In this document: positions 9,873 through 20,207 of the stretch, piece after piece
Layout: each line of letters begins with the position of its first letter
Numbering within the stretch: the stretch's first letter is position 1
Origin: Waddliaceae bacterium
GTDB lineage: Bacteria; Chlamydiota; Chlamydiia; Chlamydiales; Waddliaceae
Assembly: GCA_963724325.1 (NCBI GenBank)
Contig: CAVRUH010000001.1
Coordinates: 608,001-672,000 of the forward strand
Direction: 5' to 3'
Length of the DNA stretch: 64,000 nucleotides
Position numbers and translations under genes: made by a program
Notes under the pieces: generated by a model
Seen by the model: only the letters and a program-made list of their open reading frames with translations
Databases searched by the model: none
Told to the model about the DNA's origin: nothing

Positions 9873-12800
9873 ATGAAATCTAGTTCTCCAAATGCACTTG
9901 AACCTATTGCTATCATCGGCATTGGTTGTCGCTTCCCTGGTGACGCTGCAAATCCTCAAGAATTTTGGAAAATGCTTTGCGAGGGGAAAGATGCAATCAT
10001 TGATGTTCCTAAAGATAGGTGGGATTCTCGCAGGTATTATGATTCTCAAGTGAATGTTTCTGGTAAGATGTACGTCAAGCAAGGGGGATTCTTGCGGCAA
10101 AAATGGGAAGATTTTGATGCTGAATTTTTTCATATATCCCCTCGAGAAGCAAATTTTTTAGATCCTCAACAACGCCTTCTGATGGAGTTGACTTGGGAAG
10201 CCCTAGAAGATGGCGGAATTGTTCCTGAAAAAATACGCAATACTGAGACTGGAGTATTTATCGGAGCCTTTACAACCGATTGGCAGTCGCTGCAAAACAA
10301 CCCCTATAATTTGCAGCATTGCAGCATGTATTCTGGGATTAATGGATCCATGACGATATTATCTGCCAGGCTTGCCTTTTTTTTCGATTTAAAAGGACCC
10401 TGTTTGACTATTGATACTGCTTGCTCTTCTTCACTAGTTGCTGTTCATCTTGCATGTCAAAGTTTATGGGAAAAAAATGCTTCTCTGGCAATAGCTGGAG
10501 GGGTTAATGCCATGCTTATCCCTGAAACAACTATAGCTATGTCCAAAGGAAAATTTTTGAATCCAGAAGGAAGATGCCGTCCTTTTGACTCTAAGGCAAT
10601 GGGATATGTTCGTGGTGAAGGAGGAGGCATTGTAATTCTAAAGCCCCTTTCAGATGCAATACGCGATCAAGACCCCATTTATGCACTAATTAGAGGGACT
10701 GGAGTGAATCATGATGGATATACTCAAGGCATTGCACAGCCAAATCCAGAAGCTCAAAAAGCATTAATCAAAAAGGTTTTAAATGAAGCTCAAATTAACC
10801 CTGCAGATATTCATTATGTAGAGGCGCACGGAACTGGAACTCCTGTCGGAGACCCTATAGAAGCAATGGCAATAAATGAGGTCCTGCAAGATCCCTTACG
10901 AGAGTATCCATGTTATCTGGGAGCTGTAAAATCTAATATTGGGCATTTGGAAGCTGCGGCAGGCATTGCGGGACTTATTAAGGCAGCACTGTGTTTAAAA
11001 CACGAAAAAATTCCTCCAAATTTGCATTTTGAAGTTGCTAATCCCATAATTCCATTCGAAAAATATTGTCTGAAAGTTCCAATGCAAATAGAAAGTTTTC
11101 CGAAGATAGATAAACCTTTATATGCGGGTGTGAACGCTTTTGGTTATGGAGGGACGAATGCCCATGCTATTCTAGAAGGTTTTAAAAGGAATTCCGTAGA
11201 ATTTTCTTCCGAAAATCCGTTGTTTATTCCTTTTTCTGCCAAAAATCAGGATGGACTTAGAGATATTGCGAAAATTTATAAAGATTATTTAGACAAAAAT
11301 CCGGATGTCAATCTTGCAGATATTGCCTTTACTCTATCTCAGAGAAGATCATTATTTAATCATCGTTTGGCCGTGAGTGCAGGTTTAAATGAGGAGTTGA
11401 AAAACAAGCTTAACCAATTTATTCAAGGAGATAAACCCGAAGGATCTTTTCAGGGTAAATGTTTTGAAACAAAGCCTAAGCTTGCTTTTGTCTATACTGG
11501 CATGGGCCCGCAGTGGTGGGGGATGGGAAGAGAACTATTGCAAACCTCACCGGATTTTTTAAAAATTGTAGAATTTTGCGATAGAAAACTTATTCCCTTA
11601 TCGGAATGGTCAATTCTTGAAGAACTTAATAAATCGGAAAAAGATTCACGCATAGAAGACCCTGTGGTTGCCCAAGTGTTGAATTATGTACTTCAAGCTG
11701 GACTGACAGAAGTGATGAAATTGCGGGGGATTGTACCAGATGCAATTATTGGGCATAGCATTGGTGAAGTAGCTGCTGCCTATGCATCAGGAATTTTAAG
11801 TTTAGAAGAGGGGCTTTTGGTTGCCTATTACCGTGCAACCATTCAATCGATACAAAAAAACAAAGGAACCATGCTCGCCGCAGGGATGAGTCTGCAAGAA
11901 GTTCAATTGATATTAGCTCAATATGATGGAAGAATTTCTCTTGCAGCAGTGAATGGTCCGCAGTCTGCGACTCTTGCTGGAAATAGGGAAGACTTAGAAA
12001 AAATTGTTTTGACTTTAGATAAGGAAAATATTTTTAATAGATTCTTAAGGGTCAATGTTGCCTATCACAGCCACCAGATGGAACTCTTGCAACAACAAGT
12101 TCTTGACACCTTGCATTTTCTTCAGCCTAAAAGGGCAATTATCCCTTTTTATTCAACGGTTTTTGGTGAACTTTTAGATGATATTCCATTGAATGCTGAC
12201 TATTGGTGGAAGAATATCCGACAGCCAGTTCTTTTTGCACAAGCTATGCAAGATATGCTCAAGAGGGGATATCAGCTCTTCGTTGAAATAGGTCCTCACC
12301 CCGTACTTTCGAGTTTTATTAAAGAAAATATCATGTTTTGCAAGGTGGAAGGTGAATCGCTTCCTTCGTTGAATCGAAAAAAATCGGAAAGCATATCACT
12401 TATGGAATGCGCGGGGGGACTATTTGTTAAAGGATATTCTATTCCTTTTACGAATAGCTCATTCATCAAATTGCCAACCTATCCTTGGCAAAAAAAAACT
12501 TATTGGATTGAATCAGAAGAGTCTAGACAGTATCGTTTGAGTGCACAAAACCATGTGATGTTGAGCAGAAGAATGCCGACACCAAATCCTACATGGCAAA
12601 TTGAAGTTAATCGTCAATTTTTTCCATGGCTCGAAGACCATAAACTCGAAGGATCCATTGTTTTTCCAGGAGCTGGATACATTGAAGCAGCACTTGCAAT
12701 TTATGGAACATTTCCCTGTATTATCGAACAAATTGCTTTCGAGAAACCCCTTGTGGCATCAATCGAAAAAGAATCACTTTTGCAAATATCTTTGGATGAA

Positions 12801-15800
12801 AATTCAAAAATATTCAATGTGCACAGTTCACCATCAGGAGAAAAATGGGATTGGACCCGTCATGCCACCGGTAAATTTTCTTTATATGTTCCCAAGCAAC
12901 CTATAGAAACAATAGATCTAGAAATTCTGAAAAATCAAGCTTGCATTGATAGTCAAATAATATACGATCAATTCACACATCAAGGCCTCGAATATGGATC
13001 TTCCTTTCGTTCGATTATAAAAATGTGGAAGGGGACTCATGAAGCCCTTTCCGAAATAAAAATTATAGATTCCGCCGATGTGTATCACTTGCATCCAACC
13101 CTGTTAGATGCTGCCCTGCAAACACTCATAGGAACGGTAGATTCCAAGTTATTTGGAGAAGGACTGATTGTTCCTTCTCATATCGATCAATTTACCTTTT
13201 ATTCAGCTCCTAAATCCATTGCCTATTGCCACGCAAGATCTACAAAGTTAACTTCTGAAAAAGTTGTTGGAGATCTTATTTTATGCGACGCTCTTGGACA
13301 TGTCTGTGTCCAAATTAAAGGATTGCATTGTCGTTTACTCCCAAGCTCCAAATTGAAGGATCCATCAAACCTTTTATACCAGTTTGAATGGGAGGAAAAT
13401 CCGTTAAATCCAGAACTAACGAACCACGAAAACCAAGTTTGGGTTTCGGGTTCCCAATATGATCAAGCAACTTATCAGGATATCCCAAATTTAAATATTT
13501 ATTTAGAATATGAATCCGGCCCAGCACATGTTCCAAGCGCTTTGGAAGAAATAGACTTGGTGAATGACTGTGTAAATTTAATGAAAGCTATTGAAGTATC
13601 GCGCAGTGTTCTAAAAACCACCCTCTGGATTGTAACTCAAGGAACCCTCAGAGGTTCTTCTCTTAGGGGATTATCCCGTGTGATCAGGCAAGAATATCCC
13701 CGCGTACGTGTCCGTCTTATCGACCTCGATCCTAACATGTCTTTCGATTCAAATATCATCAAAAATGAAGCCGCTTACACCAACTCCGATGATGAGATCA
13801 AGTGGGCCAACGGAAAACGCTATACTAACAAGCTCAAAAAAACTAAATATTTCGAATCGATTAATCAAACTCTATCCACATATGCTCTGGAACTGAAAAC
13901 ACCTGGATTAATCGATAGCCTCTACTACAAAGAAATTGAAAAAAGAGAACCAGCCCACGATGAAGTTTGCATTGAGGTCCATTCAACCTCTTTAAACTTC
14001 AAAGATCTCATGAAAGTCCTTGGAATGCTTGACCAAAACGTACTGGAGGGCACTTATTTTGGCTCTAGCTTTGGAATGGAATGTTCCGGAACAATCGTTT
14101 CTGTCGGAAGCAAAGTAAAAAAATTTGCCATTGGTGACACTGTATGCGCCTTTGCCCAGAATACATTTCAGTCTCATATCACCGTGTCCGCCCGTTGTAT
14201 CTACGCAATTCCACCCAGCACAAAACTTGAAGAAGCACCAATTTATATTCCATTTATCACTGTGCTTCGGGCATTAAAAGATATAGCAGAGCTCAAAAAG
14301 GGAGAATGGATTTTGATTCACAGCGCTACAGGTGCTGTTGGATTAGCTGCTATTCAGTATGCCCAATACATCGGAGCCCATATTATTGGCACCGCAGGCA
14401 GCGAAGAGAAAAGGAAATATTTACGTTCTCTTGGCATACAATATTGCTCTAATTCTAGATCTTTGGAATTTGCTGATGATGTGTTGAAATGGACGGGTGG
14501 AAAGGGGGTGGATGTCATCTTAAATTCTCTTTCCGGAGAAGCTTTAACGAAAAGTTTGTCTCTACTCGCACCCTATGGCCGTTTCATCGAAATCGGAAAA
14601 AGAGATATCAGCATGAACTCACCTCTTCCCATGCGCCATTTTAACAATAATACCTCATTTACTTCGATAGATCTCGACCGAACTTTTATTGATAATCCGA
14701 AACTCATCCAACGTCTTCTCATGCAAACTTATAATCTCTTCGAAAAAGGAATATTTAAATCGCTTCCCTGTGAATTTTTTTCCGCAAACCAGCCTGTAAA
14801 AGCATTTCAATTCATGGCACATTCCAAACATATCGGGAAAATTATGCTCAGATTCGATTCACAAAAAGTTCAAGGCATCCCCCTCAAACCATTTGTGAAT
14901 CCCAATGCCTCGTATCTGATAACAGGAGGCCTTAGCGGCTTCGGATTCTCAGTTGCCCTCTGGTTGGCAGAAAAAGGGGCAAAACACCTAGTTCTGTTGG
15001 GTCGCAAAGGTGCAACTTCAGTCGAAACTACTGATGCCATAGAACAACTCAGAAAAGAAGGGGTTAACGTAAAAGTTGCAGCCGTTGATGTAACCGAAAT
15101 CAATCAAATGCGTTCCCTCTTTGACCAATGCGATAAAGAAATGCCTCCAATTAAAGGGATCATCCACAGCGCCATGGTTCTAAATGACTCCTTTATTCCC
15201 CAACTGACATTAGAATCCATCCGTGATACTCTATTGCCAAAAATCGGCGGATGTCTAAATCTCCACAACCTCACTCAACATCGGTCGCTCGATTTTTTTG
15301 TTCTATTCTCTTCTATATCCTCACTAATCGGAAACCCCGGACAAGGAAATTACGCAGCAGCAAATGCCTTTTTAGATAGTTTTTGCCACCACAGAAAGAA
15401 AATGAACCTTCCCGCCCTAACAATTAATTGGGGTGCATTGAATGCAGGTGTCATCACAAGAAATGCCCAAGTGGCAAAACATTTAGAAAGCCATGGCATA
15501 AAAGCAATACCAAAAAAAGCAGCTCTCAAAATTTTAGAAGATGCCATAAAACAAAACCATCCCCAGGTTTGTGCTTTTGATGTAAATTGGACAACACTCA
15601 TGCAAAGGATGCCAAATATCAAACAATCAAAAACATTTTCCGAATTTTGTACCGATAATAATAGTCCAATATCCTCAATAAATTTAACCGATGAGAACAC
15701 AGTAATAGAACTTATTAAAGAAACTGTCGCAAAAATATTGAAAATCGATCCCCTCAAATTAGATCCCACTATCCGACTCAATAATTTAGGAATGGACTCA

Positions 15801-15926
15801 TTGATGGCCATGGAGCTTCAAACAACCATAGAAGTCACGCTTGGAATCAAAATTCCCACAATGGAACTCATGAAAGGACCCTCAATCAAACAACTAGTAC
15901 ACTCTGTTAGAAATCTCTTGATTTAA
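9873..15926 (+). CDS. Type I polyketide synthase, single fully reducing module KS-AT-DH-ER-KR-ACP
   Basis: KS DTACSSS/HGTGT/KSNIGHLE; AT GHSIG, VAYHS; DH DHKLEGSIVFP, LLDAALQ; ER IHSATGAVG; KR ITGGLSGFG, NYAAAN; ACP LGMDSL. Confidence 0.96.
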   Translation: MKSSSPNALEPIAIIGIGCRFPGDAANPQEFWKMLCEGKDAIIDVPKDRWDSRRYYDSQVNVSGKMYVKQGGFLRQKWEDFDAEFFHISPREANFLDPQQRLLMELTWEALEDGGIVPEKIRNTETGVFIGAFTTDWQSLQNNPYNLQHCSMYSGINGSMTILSARLAFFFDLKGPCLTIDTACSSSLVAVHLACQSLWEKNASLAIAGGVNAMLIPETTIAMSKGKFLNPEGRCRPFDSKAMGYVRGEGGGIVILKPLSDAIRDQDPIYALIRGTGVNHDGYTQGIAQPNPEAQKALIKKVLNEAQINPADIHYVEAHGTGTPVGDPIEAMAINEVLQDPLREYPCYLGAVKSNIGHLEAAAGIAGLIKAALCLKHEKIPPNLHFEVANPIIPFEKYCLKVPMQIESFPKIDKPLYAGVNAFGYGGTNAHAILEGFKRNSVEFSSENPLFIPFSAKNQDGLRDIAKIYKDYLDKNPDVNLADIAFTLSQRRSLFNHRLAVSAGLNEELKNKLNQFIQGDKPEGSFQGKCFETKPKLAFVYTGMGPQWWGMGRELLQTSPDFLKIVEFCDRKLIPLSEWSILEELNKSEKDSRIEDPVVAQVLNYVLQAGLTEVMKLRGIVPDAIIGHSIGEVAAAYASGILSLEEGLLVAYYRATIQSIQKNKGTMLAAGMSLQEVQLILAQYDGRISLAAVNGPQSATLAGNREDLEKIVLTLDKENIFNRFLRVNVAYHSHQMELLQQQVLDTLHFLQPKRAIIPFYSTVFGELLDDIPLNADYWWKNIRQPVLFAQAMQDMLKRGYQLFVEIGPHPVLSSFIKENIMFCKVEGESLPSLNRKKSESISLMECAGGLFVKGYSIPFTNSSFIKLPTYPWQKKTYWIESEESRQYRLSAQNHVMLSRRMPTPNPTWQIEVNRQFFPWLEDHKLEGSIVFPGAGYIEAALAIYGTFPCIIEQIAFEKPLVASIEKESLLQISLDENSKIFNVHSSPSGEKWDWTRHATGKFSLYVPKQPIETIDLEILKNQACIDSQIIYDQFTHQGLEYGSSFRSIIKMWKGTHEALSEIKIIDSADVYHLHPTLLDAALQTLIGTVDSKLFGEGLIVPSHIDQFTFYSAPKSIAYCHARSTKLTSEKVVGDLILCDALGHVCVQIKGLHCRLLPSSKLKDPSNLLYQFEWEENPLNPELTNHENQVWVSGSQYDQATYQDIPNLNIYLEYESGPAHVPSALEEIDLVNDCVNLMKAIEVSRSVLKTTLWIVTQGTLRGSSLRGLSRVIRQEYPRVRVRLIDLDPNMSFDSNIIKNEAAYTNSDDEIKWANGKRYTNKLKKTKYFESINQTLSTYALELKTPGLIDSLYYKEIEKREPAHDEVCIEVHSTSLNFKDLMKVLGMLDQNVLEGTYFGSSFGMECSGTIVSVGSKVKKFAIGDTVCAFAQNTFQSHITVSARCIYAIPPSTKLEEAPIYIPFITVLRALKDIAELKKGEWILIHSATGAVGLAAIQYAQYIGAHIIGTAGSEEKRKYLRSLGIQYCSNSRSLEFADDVLKWTGGKGVDVILNSLSGEALTKSLSLLAPYGRFIEIGKRDISMNSPLPMRHFNNNTSFTSIDLDRTFIDNPKLIQRLLMQTYNLFEKGIFKSLPCEFFSANQPVKAFQFMAHSKHIGKIMLRFDSQKVQGIPLKPFVNPNASYLITGGLSGFGFSVALWLAEKGAKHLVLLGRKGATSVETTDAIEQLRKEGVNVKVAAVDVTEINQMRSLFDQCDKEMPPIKGIIHSAMVLNDSFIPQLTLESIRDTLLPKIGGCLNLHNLTQHRSLDFFVLFSSISSLIGNPGQGNYAAANAFLDSFCHHRKKMNLPALTINWGALNAGVITRNAQVAKHLESHGIKAIPKKAALKILEDAIKQNHPQVCAFDVNWTTLMQRMPNIKQSKTFSEFCTDNNSPISSINLTDENTVIELIKETVAKILKIDPLKLDPTIRLNNLGMDSLMAMELQTTIEVTLGIKIPTMELMKGPSIKQLVHSVRNLLI

Positions 15927-15998
15927 ATGCATTTTCACGTTAGTATACCCTCAGTATTCTTTAATTTTCAACAATTTAAAGCTCGATAAGGGGTTACT

Positions 15999-16721
15999 AT
16001 GTCAAAAATCATCATCTCCGAGGAGAATAAGCAATCCCTCGAAAAGTTTCTTACCGAAAACCGTCCAGCGGAACTCGTCAATACATATCTCTTTTTTATC
16101 GAAAAAAAGTTCAACCTCCAACCAGTGCTATTTCCCAGGGACAAAATTATCTACCAAAGCGCTGAAGACGCAGTTGCATCACTCGAAAAAGAGAGCAAAT
16201 TGTGGCACGAAACCGAAATCAAAATAAGCTTCGGCGAAGATAGCGTTAATGACCAAACAAAAAAAATATACATATGCCCTTTTACAGGTAAAGTTTTCGG
16301 CGATAATACACACCCAAATCCACAAGACGCAATATATACCTGGGTCTCCAAATGCCCCGAAAATAAAGAAAGATTAGGCGGTCTTCCTGTTAAAAGATTT
16401 TTTGTCTCTGAAGACCCAGATGTGATCAAAAGCTACATCGGCAAAATGAAAGTAAAAGAACCCATTAAAAAAGTAGTTTATTCTTCCGTCCTTAGCGGAA
16501 AATTATTTAATACCAAAGACGCTGTTATCAAAGACTTCAAAAAGAATTATCTGAAGTCAATGACACTAGTCGAAGTGCAAAGTCAGGACCGCTTTAAAAT
16601 TGATGAAAGATTGCTCGAACTCATCCAAAAACAACTTGTTGAGGAAAAGATTACCGATTTTGTTGAGTCCATGGCAGAAATACGTGAATTCCAACCCATT
16701 GTAGAACATTGGCTAGCATAA
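15999..16721 (+). CDS. Conserved chlamydial protein (DUF2709-like)
   Basis: IYICPFTGKVFGDNTHPNPQDAIYTWVS motif; position before tsaE. Confidence 0.7.
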   Translation: MSKIIISEENKQSLEKFLTENRPAELVNTYLFFIEKKFNLQPVLFPRDKIIYQSAEDAVASLEKESKLWHETEIKISFGEDSVNDQTKKIYICPFTGKVFGDNTHPNPQDAIYTWVSKCPENKERLGGLPVKRFFVSEDPDVIKSYIGKMKVKEPIKKVVYSSVLSGKLFNTKDAVIKDFKKNYLKSMTLVEVQSQDRFKIDERLLELIQKQLVEEKITDFVESMAEIREFQPIVEHWLA

Positions 16722-17140
16722 TAAGTAAATCCGAAGAGGAAACAAAAGCTTTAGGACATAGACTAGGGGAAAAATTGCCCCCAGGCAGTATCGTTTGCTT
16801 TTTTGGTGATTTAGCAGCAGGAAAAACGACATTTATTAAAGGACTCGCAAAGGGGGCCGCAGGAATTGCTGAAGAAGCGGTAAATAGCCCAACATTTGTG
16901 TATCTCAATGTTTATGAAGGGACGCAAAATATTTACCATTTTGATCTATATAGGCTCACCGATCAGAGACAATTTTTGGCATTGGGATTTGACGAAATGC
17001 TCTTCGCAAAGGGCATTAGCTGCATCGAATGGTCTGAAAGAATTAGCTCTTTGCTTCCTTCAAATTGCATACGTGTAAAAATGGACCACTACAATATAAA
17101 CACTCGACAAATAGAGATTTATGGCGAAATATCAGTTTAA
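16709..17140 (+). CDS. tsaE: tRNA threonylcarbamoyladenosine biosynthesis ATPase TsaE
   Basis: GDLAAGKTT, NSPTF, HFDLYRL, IEW. Confidence 0.95.
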   Translation: MASIISKSEEETKALGHRLGEKLPPGSIVCFFGDLAAGKTTFIKGLAKGAAGIAEEAVNSPTFVYLNVYEGTQNIYHFDLYRLTDQRQFLALGFDEMLFAKGISCIEWSERISSLLPSNCIRVKMDHYNINTRQIEIYGEISV

Positions 17141-17744
17141 AAAAGCTCGATTCATCAAAACAGCAATTTTCCCAAAAGATTTCCCCACCCTAAAAGATGA
17201 CTCTGGAAATGAACTCTCAGAAATTGTCGTTGCCGGCCGCTCCAATGTAGGAAAATCAAGCCTCCTCAACCACCTTTTCCAATCCAAAGGGCTCGTGAAA
17301 ACCTCCTCAACCCCAGGCAAAACCCAAGCAATTAACTTTTTCATCACAGATGACAGACTCATTTTTGTCGACCTCCCAGGCTATGGCTTCGCAAAAGTCC
17401 CACTCTCCGTAAAAAAAGAATGGGGACCCATGGTCCAAAATTACTTCAAAAATCGAAATACAATAAAAATAATATTTTTTCTCTTCGATATCCGCCGTAT
17501 CCCTAATAAAGAAGACCTAGAATTCCTAGATTGGGTCGCCTTTCACAATTACGCAATGGTTTTAATCCTCACCAAAGTCGATAAAGTAAATCAAAAAGAA
17601 AAAAGAGATTGCACCAATCGTATTCTAGATGCTTTTCAAGCTGGAAACCTCCACTACATTCATTATTCCGTACTGAAAAATCAAGGAAGAATGGAGCTAA
17701 TGGCAATTATCAACGATGCACTAAAAAGAGGGGATGACTCATGA
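17121..17744 (+). CDS. engB: Ribosome biogenesis GTPase EngB/YihA
   Basis: GRSNVGKSS, PGKT, VDLPGYG, TKVD. Confidence 0.95.
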   Translation: MAKYQFKKARFIKTAIFPKDFPTLKDDSGNELSEIVVAGRSNVGKSSLLNHLFQSKGLVKTSSTPGKTQAINFFITDDRLIFVDLPGYGFAKVPLSVKKEWGPMVQNYFKNRNTIKIIFFLFDIRRIPNKEDLEFLDWVAFHNYAMVLILTKVDKVNQKEKRDCTNRILDAFQAGNLHYIHYSVLKNQGRMELMAIINDALKRGDDS

Positions 17745-18484
17745 CCCAAATTGAAAATCAAAAATTTATCTGCCTAGACTGCGAAACGACCGGGCTTGAC
17801 ATCAATAACGACAGAATCATCGAAATCGCCGCCATCAAATTCGATGGCACCGCAACCTACGGAACATTCGAATCTCTAATTAACCCCGAAAGAAATATCC
17901 CCAAAGAGTCTATGGATATCCACCACATCACCAACGAAATGATCGCCGGTAAACCCCTCATCACAGATTTATTACAAGAATTTCTCGCCTTTGTAGGAAA
18001 AAATATCATCGTAGGTCATGGAATCGGATTCGACATCGATATGCTTGCCGGTGCTGCCGCAAGAGCTGGCATGCCATGCGACATCAGAAATAACATAGCC
18101 ATAGACACCGTACGCATGGCCCGATTATATGGTGAGAGCCCCTCTAACTCGCTTGAACAACTACGAAAACACTTCAATATCGATGAAGAAACAGCCCACC
18201 GCGCCATGAGCGACGTTATCGTCAACGTAGAACTATTCAAAAAATTATCAAAATCGTATAAAACAATCGAGAAACTACTAGACGTGCTCTCAAGACCGAT
18301 TTTACTCAGAGATATGCCCCTCGGTAAATACAAAGGAAGACCCATGAAAGAACTTCCTCTTGATTACCTGCGCTGGGCCGTCCACAAAGACTTTGATAAA
18401 GACCTAATATTCACTATCAGAACCGAACTAAAAAAACGCAAAACAGGGGAATCATTCCGCCAAAGTCCTTTTGAAAATTTATAG
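17741..18484 (+). CDS. dnaQ: DEDDh 3'-5' exonuclease (DNA polymerase III epsilon-like)
   Basis: LDCETTG, GHGIGFD, HRAMSD; C-terminal MPLGKYKG module. Confidence 0.88.
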   Translation: MTQIENQKFICLDCETTGLDINNDRIIEIAAIKFDGTATYGTFESLINPERNIPKESMDIHHITNEMIAGKPLITDLLQEFLAFVGKNIIVGHGIGFDIDMLAGAAARAGMPCDIRNNIAIDTVRMARLYGESPSNSLEQLRKHFNIDEETAHRAMSDVIVNVELFKKLSKSYKTIEKLLDVLSRPILLRDMPLGKYKGRPMKELPLDYLRWAVHKDFDKDLIFTIRTELKKRKTGESFRQSPFENL

Positions 18485-18493
18485 GAGTTTTTT

Positions 18494-18829
18494 ATGAGTG
18501 TTTTTATTCAAGTCGATCATGTATTTGATTCTGTTGCAGAGCCCGTGCCTATTTTCCAAGTTGGTAATACAATTACTGTGCTGCACACACACCCGGGTTA
18601 TATGCAGCGTCTCAATCAAAATGAAAGCCAATTTCAAAAGTGCAGCCTTAAGGAAGTTTGCAACTGCATGGAAACTCTTAAAAAATTTATTAAGGGACAA
18701 GTAGCAGATGGAAATAATGAATTTACCGATCATTCCTTTGCAATCCTTAATTCAGATGATAACATGTGTAATGCACTCATGAAAAAAATGCTTTATTTTA
18801 ATTGGGATGCAAGTGTACAATGTGTGTAA
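18494..18829 (+). CDS. Hypothetical protein
   Basis: AGGAG RBS, 111-aa ORF co-oriented with operon. Confidence 0.55.
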   Translation: MSVFIQVDHVFDSVAEPVPIFQVGNTITVLHTHPGYMQRLNQNESQFQKCSLKEVCNCMETLKKFIKGQVADGNNEFTDHSFAILNSDDNMCNALMKKMLYFNWDASVQCV

Positions 18830-18848
18830 AACCACGGAGAAAATAGTC

Positions 18849-18944
18849 ATGGGAAGAGGCGACAAAAAAACAAGACAAGGAAAAATCTTTAAAGGATCAT
18901 ATGGCAACTGCCGTCCTAAAAAGAAAAAGACAAAGGCGCAATAA
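18849..18944 (+). CDS. thx: 30S ribosomal protein bTHX (Thx/S31 family)
   Basis: Manual translation MGRGDKKTRQGKIFKGSYGNCRPKKKKTKAQ; GGAGA RBS 8 nt upstream; below ORF-track cutoff. Confidence 0.9.
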   Translation: MGRGDKKTRQGKIFKGSYGNCRPKKKKTKAQ

Positions 18945-19003
18945 ACCTTGCGTTCCATCAGGGCATTCTGATGAATAAAACTCGATAGTCTCAAATATGG
19001 AGT

Positions 19004-19026
19004 GACCCAATTCATTGGGTCTTTTT
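19004..19026 (+). terminator. Probable intrinsic terminator after thx
   Basis: GACCCAAT-TC-ATTGGGTC followed by TTTTT; a second hairpin follows at 19027-19050. Confidence 0.5.
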
Positions 19027-19137
19027 CCGAGACCAATTTATTGGACTCGGTGGACGACGATATTTTGCCATCCGCAGTGCCGAAATAGGTCAGAGAAAGC
19101 GCCGATTTTAATCGATGTTTTCCTGACTCCTTTTATT

Positions 19138-19605
19138 TTAAGCAATTTTAAGTTCTTTCAGGTCAAATTCTATTTCGTTGGGTTCCTTATTTTTTGAAAA
19201 GTCAAGAACAGACAACGTTTGATAGTTTTTATGAAATTCTTTTGGGTGTTTGTAGAACTTATCCAAAATAAATAGCCTGATAGCTAGCTCTGTACCCCAA
19301 TTGATTTGTGCTGAACTATCTTGATGACTTTCCCATTTAGTGATAGCTGTATGAGCAACATGAAAAAGGGACGAAAATTGTCGTGTTGTCATTTGGAAAT
19401 AATGGCGAATAAACTTCACTTCATATCCGGTCAACGGAAATGCTTGAAAAGCTAAATGTTGAAGAATTTTCTTAGCCAATTGCTCATAGTCGATTTCATT
19501 AACCCATTCACCAAGAATAAAGATTTCAGGCACGTTGATTAACACAACTGGAAATCCACATGAGTAGTCTATATATTTCTTTTTTATCCTTTTTTCAGCT
19601 TTCAT
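19138..19605 (-). CDS. MqsA/Xre-like HTH antitoxin
   Basis: GFPVVLINVP, LTGYEVKFIRHYFQMT..F..LF.V....ITKWE HTH; TGATG coupling to upstream toxin remnant. Confidence 0.8.
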   Translation of the reverse strand: MKAEKRIKKKYIDYSCGFPVVLINVPEIFILGEWVNEIDYEQLAKKILQHLAFQAFPLTGYEVKFIRHYFQMTTRQFSSLFHVAHTAITKWESHQDSSAQINWGTELAIRLFILDKFYKHPKEFHKNYQTLSVLDFSKNKEPNEIEFDLKELKIA

Positions 19606-19932
19606 CAATGTTTTCTCCTATTGATTTCATAAACAGTCAACAAAAGAAGATTTTTATCTTCAATAATTGTCACTGCAACAAATAATACCCTGGAATCTAA
19701 TGTTCTCCCTTTGATCGCATATTTCCAAACTTGATTTTTCGCATCCCATTCATCCTTATTTTCTTCATGATTCCCATTTCTTAATGCCTCCCACAGAAAG
19801 ACCTCTCTTTCGGCTTGTCTTTATTCAAAATGTTTTGTTAATAGGTACCGGTTACTATCAATTAATTGTTTTATTTTAAGTATTAAAAATTGGCCTCGGC
19901 AGCACTTATCGGTGATTGATTGCAATCCTCAT
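19605..19932 (-). pseudogene. DUF4258-like toxin pseudogene
   Basis: Manual translation ILKIKQLIDSNRYLLTKHFE*RQAERE...WKYAIKGRTLDSRVLFVAVTII...LLTVYEI; in-frame TAA at 19821-19823; upstream ATG (19932) out of frame. Confidence 0.75.
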
Positions 19933-19938
19933 ACTTTT

Positions 19939-19967
19939 ATGGTAACCGAGTGACCAATTATTGTCAA
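19939..19967 (-). promoter_or_regulatory. Sigma66-like promoter TTGACA-N17-TACCAT with embedded imperfect palindrome
   Basis: Exact 17-nt spacer; TGGTAAC-CGA-GTGACCA (19940-19956) overlaps it. Confidence 0.65.
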
Positions 19968-20207
19968 TAAGGAAAGAGGTCTAAGAAAGGTGTCAAGGTT
20001 AAGCTTGACACTTAGTTTTTTAGGAATTTGAGGAGAAAAACAGATAGCGCCTTCGCTCCGCTATGGCGCTGTTCCTATCACCATTTTTATTTTTTTGTAA
20101 AAAAGATTGCAAAATAATCGAATATAAATAACGATGCCCGTATCTTTTGATTCACAGAGGCGGCTCAAAAGGCACAAACAATTTATTTCAAATATAATGG
20201 AGTTAAA

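Noticed and set aside
15350..15811. 153-aa antisense ORF in the PKS, and similar shadow ORFs in radA, argS, topA, secA and bio genes
   Set aside because: Fully nested opposite well-supported genes
13500..18480. Apparent C-rich, G-poor shift on the plus strand
   Set aside because: Seen by eye only; it spans both the PKS and core genes and needs a computed skew plot before any claim
19990..20070. Small hairpins GTGTCAAG/CTTGACAC and AGCGCC/GGCGCT
   Set aside because: Single copies with no assignable role
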